From Eledone cirrhosa (taxonomy: Eukaryota): 64,000 nt of DNA. The notes below the pieces were generated by a model. The model was not told the DNA's origin. It saw only the letters and a program-made list of their open reading frames with translations, and made no database searches. Location: the NCBI GenBank assembly GCA_964016885.1, contig OZ024744.1:43586001-43650000 (forward strand), in the 5' to 3' direction. Position numbers and translations under genes: made by a program. Shown here one piece after another: positions 36,421 through 50,252 of the stretch (position 1 is the stretch's first letter; each line of letters starts with the position of its first letter).

Positions 36421-39400
36421 ACTAAAAATATAAGCAGTAGCAACATTTTAAATTTGTCTCAGGCAGACATTCATTTCCCGCCATTACCAATGACTGCAGG
36501 TGTTAAAGCCGCCACCCCCACTACCACCACAGCGACAACAGAAACAAAAGAAAAAGATAAATTAACTCGTGATATCGAAATGAATTCAACCAAAATGAAC
36601 TCTTCCACACCGAACACCACTGACGCCACCACCACCACAACTGAAACAAAAATTAACAATAACAAAAATAACGATAACAGCAACAAATAAATTAAGAAAA
36701 CCACCCTGAGTTTGCCAGAGTAGCAACACAGTGCGAAGCATTCCAGGTAACTCAGGAGGAATTATAAGAAACCAAAAAAAATGGTAAATAAAGATGGGTA
36801 GAGGGCCAGCCTCACCCCACCCCACCTAATAAAATGGAGCATCGGCGCCTATGCACCGTGTCATATCGGACGATTAGCATAAAGTCGCGCCGAGTGGAAC
36901 GGGCATCCGAGTCCCAAATCCAAAAAGCTTTGGGACATGTGTGGGCAAGAAAAACCGACATCAGACGTGGGCAGAAATATGGAACCGTGGACGTGTTCTT
37001 TGAAACACCAGAGGAGGCTAGAGAAAACTCCATGGCCCCATTAAGAAGTGACGACTTCACACACGTCCCAAACTATTGTGGCCAGAGACTCGTGAATATC
37101 AGGCTGACCCACGTTCCACCGGCCATCGAAATTCCCTAGCTAATAGATGCCGTCCTCGCCTGCTTCGAAGCCAACACCAAGATAATCGAAATAGCGAAAG
37201 AAAAGCAGGAGAACTGGTCCAGATCTGGGATGGAGCTCCTGATCCAAGCGGACCAAAAAAGCATTGAGGAGATCCCAGAGGTAATAGACCTCACTGACGG
37301 CAGCCACCTCACCGTAATCGTCGAGGGCAGAAGGCCTAGGTGTGTCGTTTGCGGTGAAGGAACCCACCTAAGGGCTTTCTGCCCTCAGGCTAAAAGGTTG
37401 AGGCCACCTCTCCTACCCACCCCAGTGACTCAACCATCAACACCACCAGGAGCAGAGATGGCAGCAACAACTGTAGCAGCAACAACAGAAGCAACTGTAA
37501 CAGTAACAACCCCAGCAACAGTAGCAAAACCAACACAACCACCACCCAACGCGCCAGAACTAGCACCAGCGCCTACACCATCCACCACGCCACAACCAAA
37601 ACCAACGCCTGTGGAGGCTTTTCCATTCCCGGCCTATCACAACTGGAGACAGATTGTGACGACGAGGAGTGGGAAACGGTATCAGGAAAAAAGAAAATAA
37701 GAAACCAAAAAGGAAAAAATTCTCTTCCCTCCCCCTCCAAAAACAAAATACAGAGGGAAACAAATAAAATATCAAACAAAAAAGTTAGGACAGATATGCC
37801 AACATCCACACCAGCATCACCAACCCCATCACCACAAACACCAACACCATAACCATCATTAACCCCAACACCACCATCACCAACACCACAAAAGTCACCA
37901 AAAAGCGAAACAGAAACAAACCCACAACAAACGCAAACAAAACAAAACAACCAAAACGTTACACACTACACAGCATTAAATTTGAACAACCAATTATTAC
38001 ACTACATCCAACATAACACCAGCATCACAGAAAAAGACTACACAACAACCCAAAAGTTCACACCCCCTCCACACATACAAATCACTCGTATCACACAGAA
38101 AACGTACACGACACTAAAACAAAGATTCCCCAAACACATCGGACACTTCCGACAAACACTCTTCAGGAGGATTTATAAGGACATCCTTCCTGAGGAGGCC
38201 ACAAGCAGTGAAAAGGATGGACAAATCATCCTTCCTCAACGAGAAGTAAAGTAAGTGGTCTTTCCCATCTTTTCCGCTCCGTTTCAACATGACCCCACTC
38301 AGAATAGGCAGCATAAATGCGCGTGGCTTGGGGTCGTCATGGAAGCAGGGCCACCTGCTCAACGACCTCAGGTTACTAAACATAGATGTAGTGGCCATCA
38401 GCGAGACCAGAATCTCCGAAGCACGGGCCTTCGCACCGATCTTCGGCGGCTACGATGTGTACGCATCTCCCAGCCGTCCGGGATCGGAGGGGGGAGTTGC
38501 TGTGCTTTTTCGGAGAGGTTTGGATCTCGCCATACGGGCCATCTTCCTGGACCCAGAAGGTAAGTTGGTGGTGCTGGACGTGACCAGCGGAGACGGGCAA
38601 GCTTTCAGGATAGTGGCCGTCTATGCCCCGACAGAAGCAGGGCGGCCTGATTTCCTCCGGTGTCTGGAGACTTTTCTTGGAACGTCCCGCTCTTTAGTGT
38701 TAGTGGGCGACTGGAACGGGATCTTAGATGCACGCTGGGACGGTGTGGGATCAGCGCATAGGGGAGGAGGGTGCAAAAGCTTCACCAACCTGCTCAGGCG
38801 TTTTGAACTGTCTGGCAGGTACCGATTGGATTTCCCGAATGTGCCAATCGCATGGCGTCATCCAGATCATATCTAGATACAGTATTTTGTAGGGATAGAT
38901 AGATCTAGCATAGGCTGTCCACAATTCAAGATAGTCAGCTACACAGACCACAAATTCGTGATCTGTGTGCTAGACTTAGATAGGCTTCATAGAGAAGACC
39001 CGGCTACTGGAAGCTAAACGCGTCCTTACCAGCGCGTAAGGCCTACAGAGACCGGATTAGCGAACTAGTTAAGCGGGCGTTGACGGGGGCCATCGTCAAC
39101 AACAAGTGGTGGTTTTCTCTGAAAAGAGCAATTAGAATAGAGTCCATTAGGTTAAGCAAGGCTTTAGCAATAGAGAAAAATAGAGCAGAGGGAGAATTAG
39201 TTAGAAAATTAGACGAGGCGCTTAGCAAAGGCATCGCGACCGACGTACTTGGCGAAATTGGCCCTTGAACAATTCTTCAATGCAAAGCACGAAGGCTGCG
39301 TTGTCAGAGCTAGGGTGCGTGCTCTCAGACACGAGGGGACGAAAACCGTTGAATGGGCCCGAGTGGCGGAGGCGCGTTGTGGCAACAAAGCCACGATCCT

Positions 39401-41707
39401 GTCTTTGGTGGACCACAACGGGCGTATGCTACTCGATCCCGGGCAAATGTGTGAAGCTTTTCAGCGACACTTCGCACAGCTGTTCGGGGGCAGCGGCGGG
39501 CCGGATCGAGGGATGGACTTTAGTGTCTACCTCGACGTACTGCCGCGGCTCTCGGCCACTGAGGCGGATGGTTGCGAAAAGCCGATAACAGCCGCTGAAG
39601 TACGGAAGGCAATGACTGGCTGCACAAGGGGTAAATCGCATGGTTTGGATGGTCTATGAACTTTACGTACAGATGCAAGACTTGTTCGGAGGCCTCTTGG
39701 CGGACGTCTACTGCAACTGGCAACAGAACGGGAGAATTCCCAGCTCTGTGAGCCCAGGAGCTGTGGCGCTGCTGAGAAAGGATTCGAACAAGGGGGATAA
39801 CATAGATAATTTTAGGCCCATAACTCTGCTAAACACAGAGTTCAAGATTTTGGCCAAGGTGCTAGCAAAGAGGTTGGCGCTTGTCGTTGGTGGTCTGGTG
39901 GGAGAGGCACAGACATGCGCCATTCCCGACAGATCCATTCACGACAACCTCCACCTCATGCGATACATCGTAGAGAGGGTAGCTAGGGAACCTGGTACGG
40001 GTGGGTCCTTGATCAATTTAGATCAGTCGAAAGCCTTCGATAGGGTCGACCATCGTTACCTAGCGGCAGTCCTGAGGGCAGCTGGCTTTGGGCCCGTCTT
40101 CAGAGGCTGGATCGCTGCCATGCACAGCGACATCTGCTCTGTAGTGAGAGTGAACGGTCACCTTTCGGAACCGTTCAACATCATGCGCTCAGTCCGCCAA
40201 GGATGTCCCCTCTCGTCCCTCTCGTTCGTATTGACTCTCGGGCCATTACTGCACAAACTGGAGACGTTGAGGGGAGTCCCGCGCGAACTAGGATGCGGAA
40301 GATCCGTGTCAGCATATGCGGACGATGTCACCGTAGTGGTGTCGAACGCCAAACACATCGAGGCAATCGGCACTACACTAAGAGAATACGAAGCGGTGGC
40401 AGGAGCAATGATCAACCAGGAAAAGTCAGTGGGGCTGCAGCTCGGCACCTGGAGAGGCAGGTCCATGCCGTCCAACAGCGTCGTCGGGCGCCGGACGGAC
40501 GGACCGGTTAAATTGCTAGGGGTCTGTTTCGAGCCGGACCTCCAGACGGACAAAAACTGGGACGAGGTGCGATCAGGATTGCTTCTCTCACCCAGAAATG
40601 GGCGGAGAGGAAGCAATCCCTGAAAGGTCGAGCGGAGGTGGCGAATGCGTACATCGCATCCGTCATCTACTACCGCCTGACCGTCTTACCTTGACCTAAG
40701 CCCCGCCTGACTGCGCTGGAGCGTTTGCTCTTTCGCTTCTTGTGGAAGGGACGAGCTCCGATGGTCAGGCGGTCCATCTGCTGTCAACACCCGCTACATG
40801 GAGGGCTGGGCATGCCGTGGCTGATGATGTGCAGACACGCGCTCAGTCTACGACATCTCCACCTCTTCCTCAACGGGTATCAGGTGTGGTTGCCGTTTGC
40901 TAGACACGTCTTTCCCCAGCTCGTCTCCTTGACGGAGCTGCAGTCCTGGGTCAAGCGAAGACCGAGAGGGAGCGCTTGTAGACTGGAATGTATTCAGGCG
41001 CTCACAGGCCTCGATCAATCGGGCAATGCGATCGGTGGAAACTCCACCTTGGCGTTCTATAGAGGATTAGTGGGGAGGAAGAGCGACGACGTACTTGGAG
41101 AAACTCTAGGCGTCGACGAAAATCAACTAGCCAATCTCTTCGGAAGGACTTTCTGGCCGGGGCCTATGGACAACTTCCAGAAATCCCTGGCCTGGCAGTG
41201 CTACCGGGGAGCCATGCCAGTTCGGGATAAACTCTACAGGCATGGAGGTGCCGTCAGCCGGGCATGTCCGAGATGCGCGCAGGGTGACGAAACCGTCCTG
41301 CACGCACTCGTCCAGTGTCCGAGCATTGCTGACTTGTGGGTTTATGTCGAACACCTGCTGTCGCGTGTAGGATGGATCCGGCTATCAGCTGAGTCCATCG
41401 TGAGGATTGCCCCGCCCTCTTCCTTTAGCCGCGAAGGGCACGCAGTTTTTATCTGTCTGGTGGCCATGACGAAAGAGATAGTATGGTGGACACGTTTGAA
41501 AGGGCTGAAGACGAGCACTTACCTCTTCGGTGATACCCTGATTAACTTTTTCAAATTTCATTTGAAAAGGAAAATCAGGGTAGAGAGAGAAGTGCTCTCT
41601 TCCCAGCATTTTTTACACGCAGAAATACCCATTTGTACCGTTCTGTATTGTCCTGTACTGTCCTTAATGTCTACTTTATGTAAACCCTTGTGGTTAATAA
41701 AGAAAGC
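36421..41707 (+). mobile_element. Family A element lacking its first ~300 nt (ORF1 to 38254, ORF2 38289-~41610)
   Basis: Colinear with 416-5946; RT piece 39640-40623 has SAYADD; deletion at ~41610 removes the ORF2 stop and the UTR hairpins; ends AATAAA. Confidence 0.93.
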
Positions 41708-41772
41708 ATTGTTGTTGTTGTCGTTATTATTTTTGTTGTTATTATTATTATTATTATTATTGTTATTAATAT
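41708..41772 (+). repeat. Mixed (GTT)/(ATT)n tail
   Basis: Directly visible. Confidence 0.92.
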
Positions 41773-41820
41773 TTTTTTTTCTCGTGCAATGGCCATACTC
41801 GATAACGAGGGGGCAGCCAT

Positions 41821-41890
41821 CATGTATGTATCTATGTATGTATGTATTATGTATGTATGCATGTATGTATGTGTATATGTGTGCATGTAT
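41821..41890 (+). repeat. Imperfect (TATG)n microsatellite
   Basis: Directly visible; preceded by a small stem-loop CTCG-ATAA-CGAG. Confidence 0.88.
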
Positions 41891-41929
41891 TTGGATTGGG
41901 GACGAATATTGCTGTATACGTCTCACTTG

Positions 41930-42640
41930 TATTCTCGGTACTATTTTATTCATCCAAGACATAGACGTTGTACACACAGCATGTTAAAATGTTGGAGCAG
42001 TTTCACCAAAAATGCCTTCAGCATATATTCAGAATAAGCTGGAACATATTCGCTGAGATTCTTGCTTGGACAAAAGTTACTTCTACTCAATCTATGCTTT
42101 TACGTATCAGTTAAGATGGACAGATCACATGATTCGTATGGGTGATGGACGTATCCTCAAGAAAATATTTTATGGCGAACTCAAACTGGGCAAAAGGATA
42201 AATAGTAAGCCAAGGAAGAGATACAGAGACTCTCTAAAAGTGAACTTAAAATGCTTCAACATATCCTAGAAAAATCTTGAATCATATGTAGTAGATAGAG
42301 AGGCCTGGAGAGATGTCATTTGGAGTCGAGTTAAAACATTTGAAATGGAGAGGGCAAAACATGTAGAACTGAAAAGGAAAGTGTGGAAGAATGAGATCAA
42401 CAGAAATAATCATAGATCTTATCCATTATTGGTTGTTAAATACTCTCTGCACCTTAAGGTGTGTCTTTTGAATGCTGGCATGAAGTCACACCAATGAGCA
42501 CACGATGGTAAAGTCCAAGTTGACTATTCAAATTCCATTGCAAAGAATCAGTTCCAGTGTTATGTTTGTCAGAAAATTTGCAGCTCAAGTGGTGGATTGA
42601 AGTGACATCTGAACATATACAATAAGTAAACACAAAGTGG
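41930..42640 (+). mobile_element. Old 3' fragment of an RTE-clade LINE
   Basis: QLRWTDHMIRMGDGRILKKIFYGELKLGKR..KPRKRYRDSLK (42066-42269) is the typical RTE post-RT motif; decayed C2H2-like CYVCQKIC...HLNIH near 42560-42620; boundaries approximate. Confidence 0.78.
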
Positions 42641-43318
42641 AAACAAGAACGAAATGAAATATTGTATTATTTGAAGACAGGTATTTCACAGGCTTTCAGG
42701 AATCAGAAGCCATTTGAGATCTCATGCCAGGAAGAAACAGATATAAAGTGCAATAAATTATCAAACTTTTTATGTAGCAGACGATCTTCATGTATGTATG
42801 TATTGTATGCTACTCTGATTGCAATTAATGCAATAAACATTGCGCCATATTCTTATACAAGAACCTTTATTAAGTTATGCTCCAAACATCATCTTAATAA
42901 TGAAATAGTTAATTGTATTATTACATCCCTCCTATAAATTGATTTTTTCAAAATTATTTTAATATCATGAGCTATGTTTTCAATGTGGTACTCCAAAGTT
43001 TAATATTGCTAATAAATTCAGTTGAAATATTTGCTATCTTTACAAATGATCTTTAATGTTGACTACTTACCGTTCATCCAGTGTGTCCGTGTTGACAAGT
43101 TAGAGTAAAATATCTGTGGGTGCCTACCAGGTGTATTGAAAGGACAGGTATCTCTATCGGTGTCAATCATTAACCAGCCGACTGATTCATTACAGGATAA
43201 TGCATTTGCATGAGAAATTAGGAATCTTTTCTTGCTGAAATGAAATAAAACACACACATATATATATACATATAATCTGGAGTAAGTCCTTAATACAAAT
43301 ACGTAGGTTCCTTAATAC

Positions 43319-43599
43319 TAGGGGCCTCGTTTGCCTTAAAAATGTGAGGGGGACAAACCAACATTTGTTGATTCTTAAAGGAGCATAAATTGCTTATAGT
43401 GCCTTTCCCGGACCCTATCACATAAGTAAAGTTTTACGCTAATTAAATTTTATATATTCAAATCAAGCTCAGATATGAAAAAAAAATAAGCTTAAAAAGA
43501 ATTTATTATATCAAATAAACAAAAAATAAAACACAGACGTTTGAAAATGTGGGGGTGGGGGACTTGTCCCCTGGTACCTCCCCTGAAACAAGGCCCTTG
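43319..43599. mobile_element. 281 bp non-autonomous hAT-like MITE
   Basis: 8 bp direct repeat CTTAATAC at 43311-43318 and 43600-43607; imperfect 14 bp terminal inverted repeats TAGGGGCCTCGTTT / AAACAAGGCCCTTG (3 mismatches). Confidence 0.8.
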
Positions 43600-44170
43600 C
43601 TTAATACAAATGTTTATGTAGACACGTAGAACAAATACTACATTGTAAATAAGACCAAATGTTGTTGATTATATCATAATTTAATTAACGCACGTTTCAT
43701 CCATCTTACATGATATATATTTAATTTTTTAATATCTGTGTGTATCTCAATTGTGTTAATGGACTGGTCAAGTGGTCGGATGGGGTGGCGAAGAGGGGTA
43801 ATTGTAAGATAGAGATAAATTCTATGAGATTGGCAACAGTAGGTTTGTAAAAGAAATTCTATTTTGGGGATATGGTTTTAGAGAGTATGAGTGTGGACGT
43901 AGGAGAGTGTATATATAAAATAACACACACGTGTGTGTGTGCGGTCTGGCACAGGTCTCTTTGTGGGAGAGAGAATCTAATGGGAGTGATTACATATTTC
44001 ATTTGGTTTAAATGTGTTAATAAATAGTTTTTCTTTATTCATTCTTTGTTGTTGAGTGAAAGAATCTGGGCACTTGTAAAGGGGGGATTTTAAAGTTGGG
44101 TGAGCTGATCAATAGTGAAACGCGCCTCACTACTCAATAAACGTAATGAAGACATAACAAATTGTCCTTT

Positions 44171-44183
44171 TTATTAATATTAA

Positions 44184-44220
<37 letters not shown>
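44171..44220 (+). repeat. (ATT)n spacer
   Basis: Directly visible. Confidence 0.97.
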
Positions 44221-44437
44221 GGTTGGTGAAGCCACGCTTCTTATCGCCTCCAGTCTTTTTCAACGTTTTACCTCTTTTTCAACCGTTCTAAACCTTTTAT
44301 TTAAGTTTTAAATTTAGATAAAAGTTTAGAAGAAGTGACCCACCTAATACAGGGGTTCACTAGTAAATAATACGGCACCCCTTTACGGGGTGTCCTATTG
44401 GTATTTGGGTAAAAATATTTTTTGAAAAATTTAAAAC

Positions 44438-46464
44438 ATGGATAACACAAAAAAGACAGAGAGCGCTGTCAGACAACACGGAGAGAGGGAGACTTTATCA
44501 GCATGTCAATAAGACAGCGTTCCAGCTGAGGTAAATATAAACGAAAATATTACAAAGGAAAAGAAGATTGTTACAGATTTAAAATTAACAAATATTTCTA
44601 ACACAAACAACACCAACAATAACACCAACAACATCACCAACAACAACACCAAAAATAACAGTGGTAAAGTCGAGAACGACAATAACAATAATAACAGCGG
44701 TAAGGTCGAGAACGACAATAACAACAATAACAGCGGTAAGGTCGAGAACGACAATAACAATGACAATGACAACAGCCACAACAACAATAATAGTAGGAAC
44801 AGTATCAACAGAAACAACAATAATAACAACAGCCACAATAACAGTAACAGCAGCAACAGTATCAACGAAAACAACACCAACAACTGTACCAACGAAAAGA
44901 ACAACAATGACACCGATACCTGTAATAGCGACCTCAGCACCACCAGTAAGACCAGTAGCGGCAGCAATAGTGGTGCTGCTGAAAAAGGGACCACTTCTTT
45001 TGCAGGTGTCGCCCGAAATATCGAGACAGTGTTAGTCCCAGAGGAAGAGATGGCAGTCGCAAGGGTCATGGTGACAAGAAGCGCAAATAGAGTTTCCCTG
45101 AAACCTCCACCCGATATTTTCAAGGACCAGCAGCTACGAACGGTGACTTACCGCACCGTAAGCAAAATCTCACATCGAGGCTCAAATCCAAAAGGCCTTG
45201 GGGTGCGTCTGGGCACGCAAAACCCACATCACCCGAGGCAGAAAGTACGCCACAGTAGACGTACTTTTCGCCACCCCCCAGGAAGCAAAGTCTCACTCTT
45301 TAGAAACCCTAAAGAGTGAGGAGTTAGTCTTGGTGCCCTCCTACTGCGGGCAGAAAATTGTGAGGGTCAAAGTGACCCAGGTCCCACCCAACGTGCCCAT
45401 ACCTTGGCTGGCCGCGTCTGCCCTTGCTGGAATTGAGAACAGGGCGACCATGCTGCAAATAGAAAAAATAGGGAGAGAGAACTGGTCAGGTATAGGCATG
45501 CAAATGCTTATACAAACTGACCACGAATGTATCGAGGCTATTCCCGATATCATAGACCTCGAGGAAGGACTCCAACTCCCTATAAGTGTAGAAGGAAGAC
45601 GGCCAAAATGTTATCTCTGTGGGTCGAAGGGTCACCTCAGGGCCTTTTGCCTGCAGAAGACACCGAAGAAGGCCCCTCTCCTTCCAATACCTGGTCCGCT
45701 GATACCAAGAGCAGGACAGGCAACAAACGAAGAAGCCCCTTCCACGGTGAGTAGGAGGGCAACGTCCGTAGCACCCGTACCAAGGCCACGGATAACTAAA
45801 GCAGCATCATCAGTAGCGGCAACACCAATAGCTACATTTGAAGTAGCTACACCAGTAACAACATTGCCGAAGAGGGCTCCACTACCACTACCAACAGCCG
45901 GGGAGCACATACCCCTCCCAGACGCCACAGAATCCGACATGGAGTTTGAGGCGGGAGTGACGTGGCAAACAGTCTGCCACAATAAAGAAAAAAGAAAAAA
46001 ACCCTTAGATTCACCCTCCAAAAGCGAAGGCATACAAAGAGGGGTAAAGGCAGCAAGGAAACTTGCAGCAACACCACCACAAACACCAACAACGCAAGCA
46101 CAACAAGACACACACACCAAACAGCAACAAGAAGAAAACGGCAAAAAATCACCCCTCCCCCAAAAAGTACACAGCCATAAACATAGCAAAAAAAGAACTC
46201 GTAAAATATATAAAGCAGCACACAGACATCACGGAAAAAAACTACTACACCCCACCAACACCAAGAACTCTCCTGACAAAATTAAGCATCATCGAAATCT
46301 CAATAGAACAATACAAACCTTTAAAACAGAAATTCCCCAACGCAGTTGGAGACTTCAGAGGGACGGTTACCAAGAGGATATACACTGACATCCTCTTGGA
46401 AACACCCATGACCAGCGAAAGGGACGGTTCTACTGTCCCTTCACCACACGAACAAGGTAAGTGA
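44438..46464 (+). pseudogene. Family C ORF1, disrupted
   Basis: Asn-rich N-terminus; ATVDVLFATPQEA; CYLCGSKGHLRAFC knuckle; C-terminal domain 46180-46464; early stop and frameshifts. Confidence 0.88.
44654..44761 (+). repeat. Three tandem 36 nt units encoding NNSGKVENDNNN in family C ORF1
   Basis: aataacagcggtaaggtcgagaacgacaataacaa(c/t) x3; only one unit in the copy at ~15650. Confidence 0.9.
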
Positions 46465-46496
46465 CCCTTTCTCATTTTCCCCGTTTCTCATCCAGC

Positions 46497-49400
46497 ATGG
46501 CTGTACTCAGAATAGGCAGTATAAATGCACGTGGCCTGGGGTCATCTTGGAAGCAGGGTCACCTGCTCAATGACCTCAGGTCACTAAACATAGATGTGGT
46601 GGCCATCAGTGAAACCAGAATCTCCGAGGCACGGGCCTTCGCACCGATCTTCGGCGGCTACTATGTATACGCATATCCAGCCATCCAGGATCGGGGGGAG
46701 GGGTTGCCGTCCTTATCGGAGAGGCTTGGATCTCGCGATACGGGCCATTTTCCTGGACCCATAAGGTAAGTCGGTGGTGCTGGACATGACCGGCAGCGAA
46801 GGCAATGCTTTCAGGCTAGTAGCCGTCTACGCCCAGACAGAGGCAGGACGGCCAGATTTCTTCAGACGTCTAGAGACCTTTCTTGGAACGTTCCGCTCTT
46901 TAGTGTTAGTGGGCGACTGGAACGGTATCTTGGATGCCCGCTGGGATTGTCTGGGGCTAGTGGATAGGGTAGGAGGGTGCAAGAGCCTCACCAACCTGCT
47001 CAGACGTTTTGAACTGTCTGACAGGTATCGACTGGATCACCCGAATGTGCCAATGTGGACTTGGACAAACCGTATCGGGTCATCCAGATCGTATCTAGAT
47101 AGGGTATTCTGCAGGGAACTAGATAAGGCTAGTATAAGTTGTCCACAATTTAAAATAGTCGACTACACAGACCACAAATTTGTGATCTGTGAGATCGACA
47201 TAGACAGACTTCATAGACAAGGGCCTGGTTACTGGAAGCTGAACGCGTCTTTCTCGGCGCGCAAGGCCTACAGAGACCAGATTAGCGTATTAGTTAAGCG
47301 GGCGTTGACAGGAGCGGTCGTCAACAACGGGTGGTGGTTCGCCCTGAAAAAGGCAATTAAAGTAGAGTCGATTAGGTTTAGCAAAGGAGTAGTGATAGAG
47401 GAAAATAGAGTAGAGGGAGAGCTAGTCAGAAAGCTAGAAGAGGCGTTTAGGAAAGCATTTCAACCGACGTGCTTGCGGCGAGATTGGCACTCGACCAATT
47501 CTTCAACGCAAAACACGAAGGCTGCGTTGTCAGAGCTAGAGCGCGTGCTCTGAAACACGAGGGGACAAAAGCCGTCTAATGGGCCCGGGTGGCGGAGGCG
47601 CGACGTGGCAACAAAGCCACAATTCGGTCTTTGACTTACCAAAACGGGTGCGTGATGCTCGAACCCGAGCGGATGTGTGAAGCTTTTCAGCAGCACTTTG
47701 CTGAACTGTTCGGGAGCGGCGGCGGCCCGGATCGGGGCATGGACTTCAGTGCATACCTCGACGGACTGCCTCGGCTGTCGACGACCGCAGCACAGTGTTG
47801 CAAAAAGCCAATAACAGCCGGTGAAATACGGGAAGCGATGGCTAACTGCACAAGGGGTAAATCGCCAGGTTTAGATGGTCTGCCCTACGAGCTTTATGCA
47901 TTTATGCCAGACTTATTCGGTGACCTCTTGGCAGACGTCTACTGCAACTGGCAGCAGAACGGGAGCATTCCCAGTTTTGTGAGCCGGGGAGCAGTGGCGC
48001 TGCTGAGAAAAGACCCGAACAAGGGGGATGTTATTGGTAATTTCAGGCCCATAGCCCTGTTAAACGCAGAGTTCAAGATTTTGGCCAAGGTGTTAGCAAC
48101 GAGGTTGGCGCTTGTCGTCAAGGGTTGGTCTGAGAGGCGCAGACATGCGCCATCCCGGACAGATCCATACACGACAACCTCCACCTCATGCGATACATTA
48201 TAGGGAGGGTGGTTAAGGAACCTGGCAAGGGTGGGGCCCTGATCAACTTGGATTAATCCAAATCATTCGATAGGGTCGACCATCGGTACCTGGCGGCGGT
48301 CCTCGAGGCAGCCGGTTTCGGGCCCGTTTTCAGGCGTTGGATCGCAGCAATGTACAGCGACATCTGCTCAGTTGTGAGGGTGAACGGTCACCTGTCGCAG
48401 CCGTTCAGCATCATGCGGTCAGTCCGCCAGGGTTGTCCCCTCTCGTCCCTCTTGTACGTATTGGCTCTCGAGCCGTTACTGCACAAACTGTGGGCGATGA
48501 GGGGCGTCCCACGCGAACTAGGATGCGGGAAATCCGAATCGGCTTACGCTGACGACGTCACCGTGGTGGTGTCGAGCACCAGACACGTCCAGATGCTCGG
48601 CACCGCTCTCAAGGAATACAAAACGGTGACAGGAGCAAAGATAAAGCAGGAAAAGTCGGTGGGCTTGCAGTTAGGCAACTGGAGAGGCAAGTCCATGCCG
48701 TCCGACAGCGTCGTGGGCGTTGGACGGACGGACCGTCTAAATTGCTCGGGGTCTGATTCGGACCGGACCTCCAGATGGAGAAAAACTGGAAGGAGGTGAC
48801 GAGCAGGGTGGCCTCCCTCACCCAAAAATGGGCTGAGAGGAAGCTGTCCCTGAAAGGCCGGGCGGAAGTGGCGAATGCGTACATCGCATCCGTCATCTGC
48901 TACCGCCTCACCGTCGTCCCTCTCTCCAGCCCAACTCTCACCAAAATGGAGCGCCTCCTCTTCCGCTTTTTGTGGAAGGGACGCGCTCTCATGATCAGAC
49001 GATCCATCTTCTGTCAACACCCGTTGCGTGGAGGACTGGGCATGCCATGGCTGATGATGCGCAAACATGCGCTGAGGCTGCGACATCTATGGTGCTTCCT
49101 TGATGGTGAACGGGTGTGGTTGCCGTTCGCCAGGCACATTTTCCCACAGCTCGTCTCCTTGTCGGAGCTGCAGTCCTGGGTCAGAAAAAGACCGAGGGAT
49201 AGTGCTTGGAATCTGGAATGTCCCAAGGTGCTCACTGCCCTCTCCCAGTTGGGCACCAGTATCGTTGGAACATCCACCTCGGTGTTCTATAGAGGACTAG
49301 TGGAGGGGAAGTGCGACGACATTCTCGGAGAGATCCTGGGCGTCGAAGAAGATCAGCTGTTTGCTCTCTTCCGGAGAACTTTCAGCTCGGGGACTATGGA

Positions 49401-49911
49401 TAACTTCCAAAAATCCCTGGCCTGGCAGTGCTACCGGGGAGCGCTGCCGGTTCGAGATAAGCTCTACAGGCACGGAAGTGCCGTCAGCCGAGCCTGTCCG
49501 AGATGCGCGCATAGCGAAGAAACCGTTGTGCACGCACTCATTCAGTGCCCGAGCATTGCTGACTTGTGGAGCTATGTCGAACAGGTGCTGTCACGTGTGG
49601 GACTGATCCAGTTGTCGACTGAGTCCATTGTGCAGATGGTCTCGCCGTCTTCCTTTGAGGAGGAAGGGCAGGTGGTTTTCATCTGCCTGGTGGCCATGGC
49701 GAAAGAGATTGTGTGGTGGACAAGGTTAAAAGGATTTAAGACAAACACTTTCCTCTTCGGCGAATCCCTGATTAACTTTTTCAAGTTTCACTTGAAGAGG
49801 AAAATCAGGGTGGAGAGGCAAGTGCTGCCTTCTAGCAAGTTTGTTGAAAGGTGGGTGAATGTAGCGAGAAGGGTCCGAGTGAACGGGACCGCTCTGAATA
49901 TACGCTTGTAG
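46497..49911 (+). pseudogene. Family C ORF2 (APE, RT, CCHC), frameshifted
   Basis: IGSINARGL, GDWN, SYLDR, YTDH, GPGYWKLN, RQGCPLS, SAYADD, CPRC..ETVVHALIQC. Confidence 0.95.
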
Positions 49912-50200
49912 TTTGAGAGATGGAAGAATTGAGAGAGGGCGCTTGCCCTGGTAGTCAGGGTGGCCGTGGTCTTTTGTGTGGTTTTCGCCACGAGTAACCC
50001 TCGGAGGTTTTCCCCCTATTGGGGAAGTTTTCAGTGTTTCAATTTTCATTTTATTGTTTATATATATATATGTTTTATGTCTTTTTTCTTTTCTTATATA
50101 AATAATAAAAATATTTACACGCACAAAACCCACATCGTACCGTCCTGTTCCGTCTGTGATGTTTTTCTTGATGTCAGCCCTTGTGGCCAATAAAGAAATC

Positions 50201-50252
50201 ATTATTATTATTATTATTATAATTATTATTATTATTATTATTATTGTTATTA
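50201..50252 (+). repeat. (ATT)n spacer
   Basis: Directly visible. Confidence 0.97.

Larger units (their letters stand above)
44221..50200 (+). mobile_element. Full-length family C Tx1-like element, degenerate
   Basis: Complete 5' UTR, ORF1, ORF2 and 3' UTR ending ccaataaagaaatc; ATT tracts on both sides. Confidence 0.95.

Noticed and set aside
40725-41987. 420 aa ORF2 piece with a novel hydrophobic C-terminal extension
   Set aside because: Read-through caused by the deletion at ~41610 that removed the stop; the extension is UTR and microsatellite
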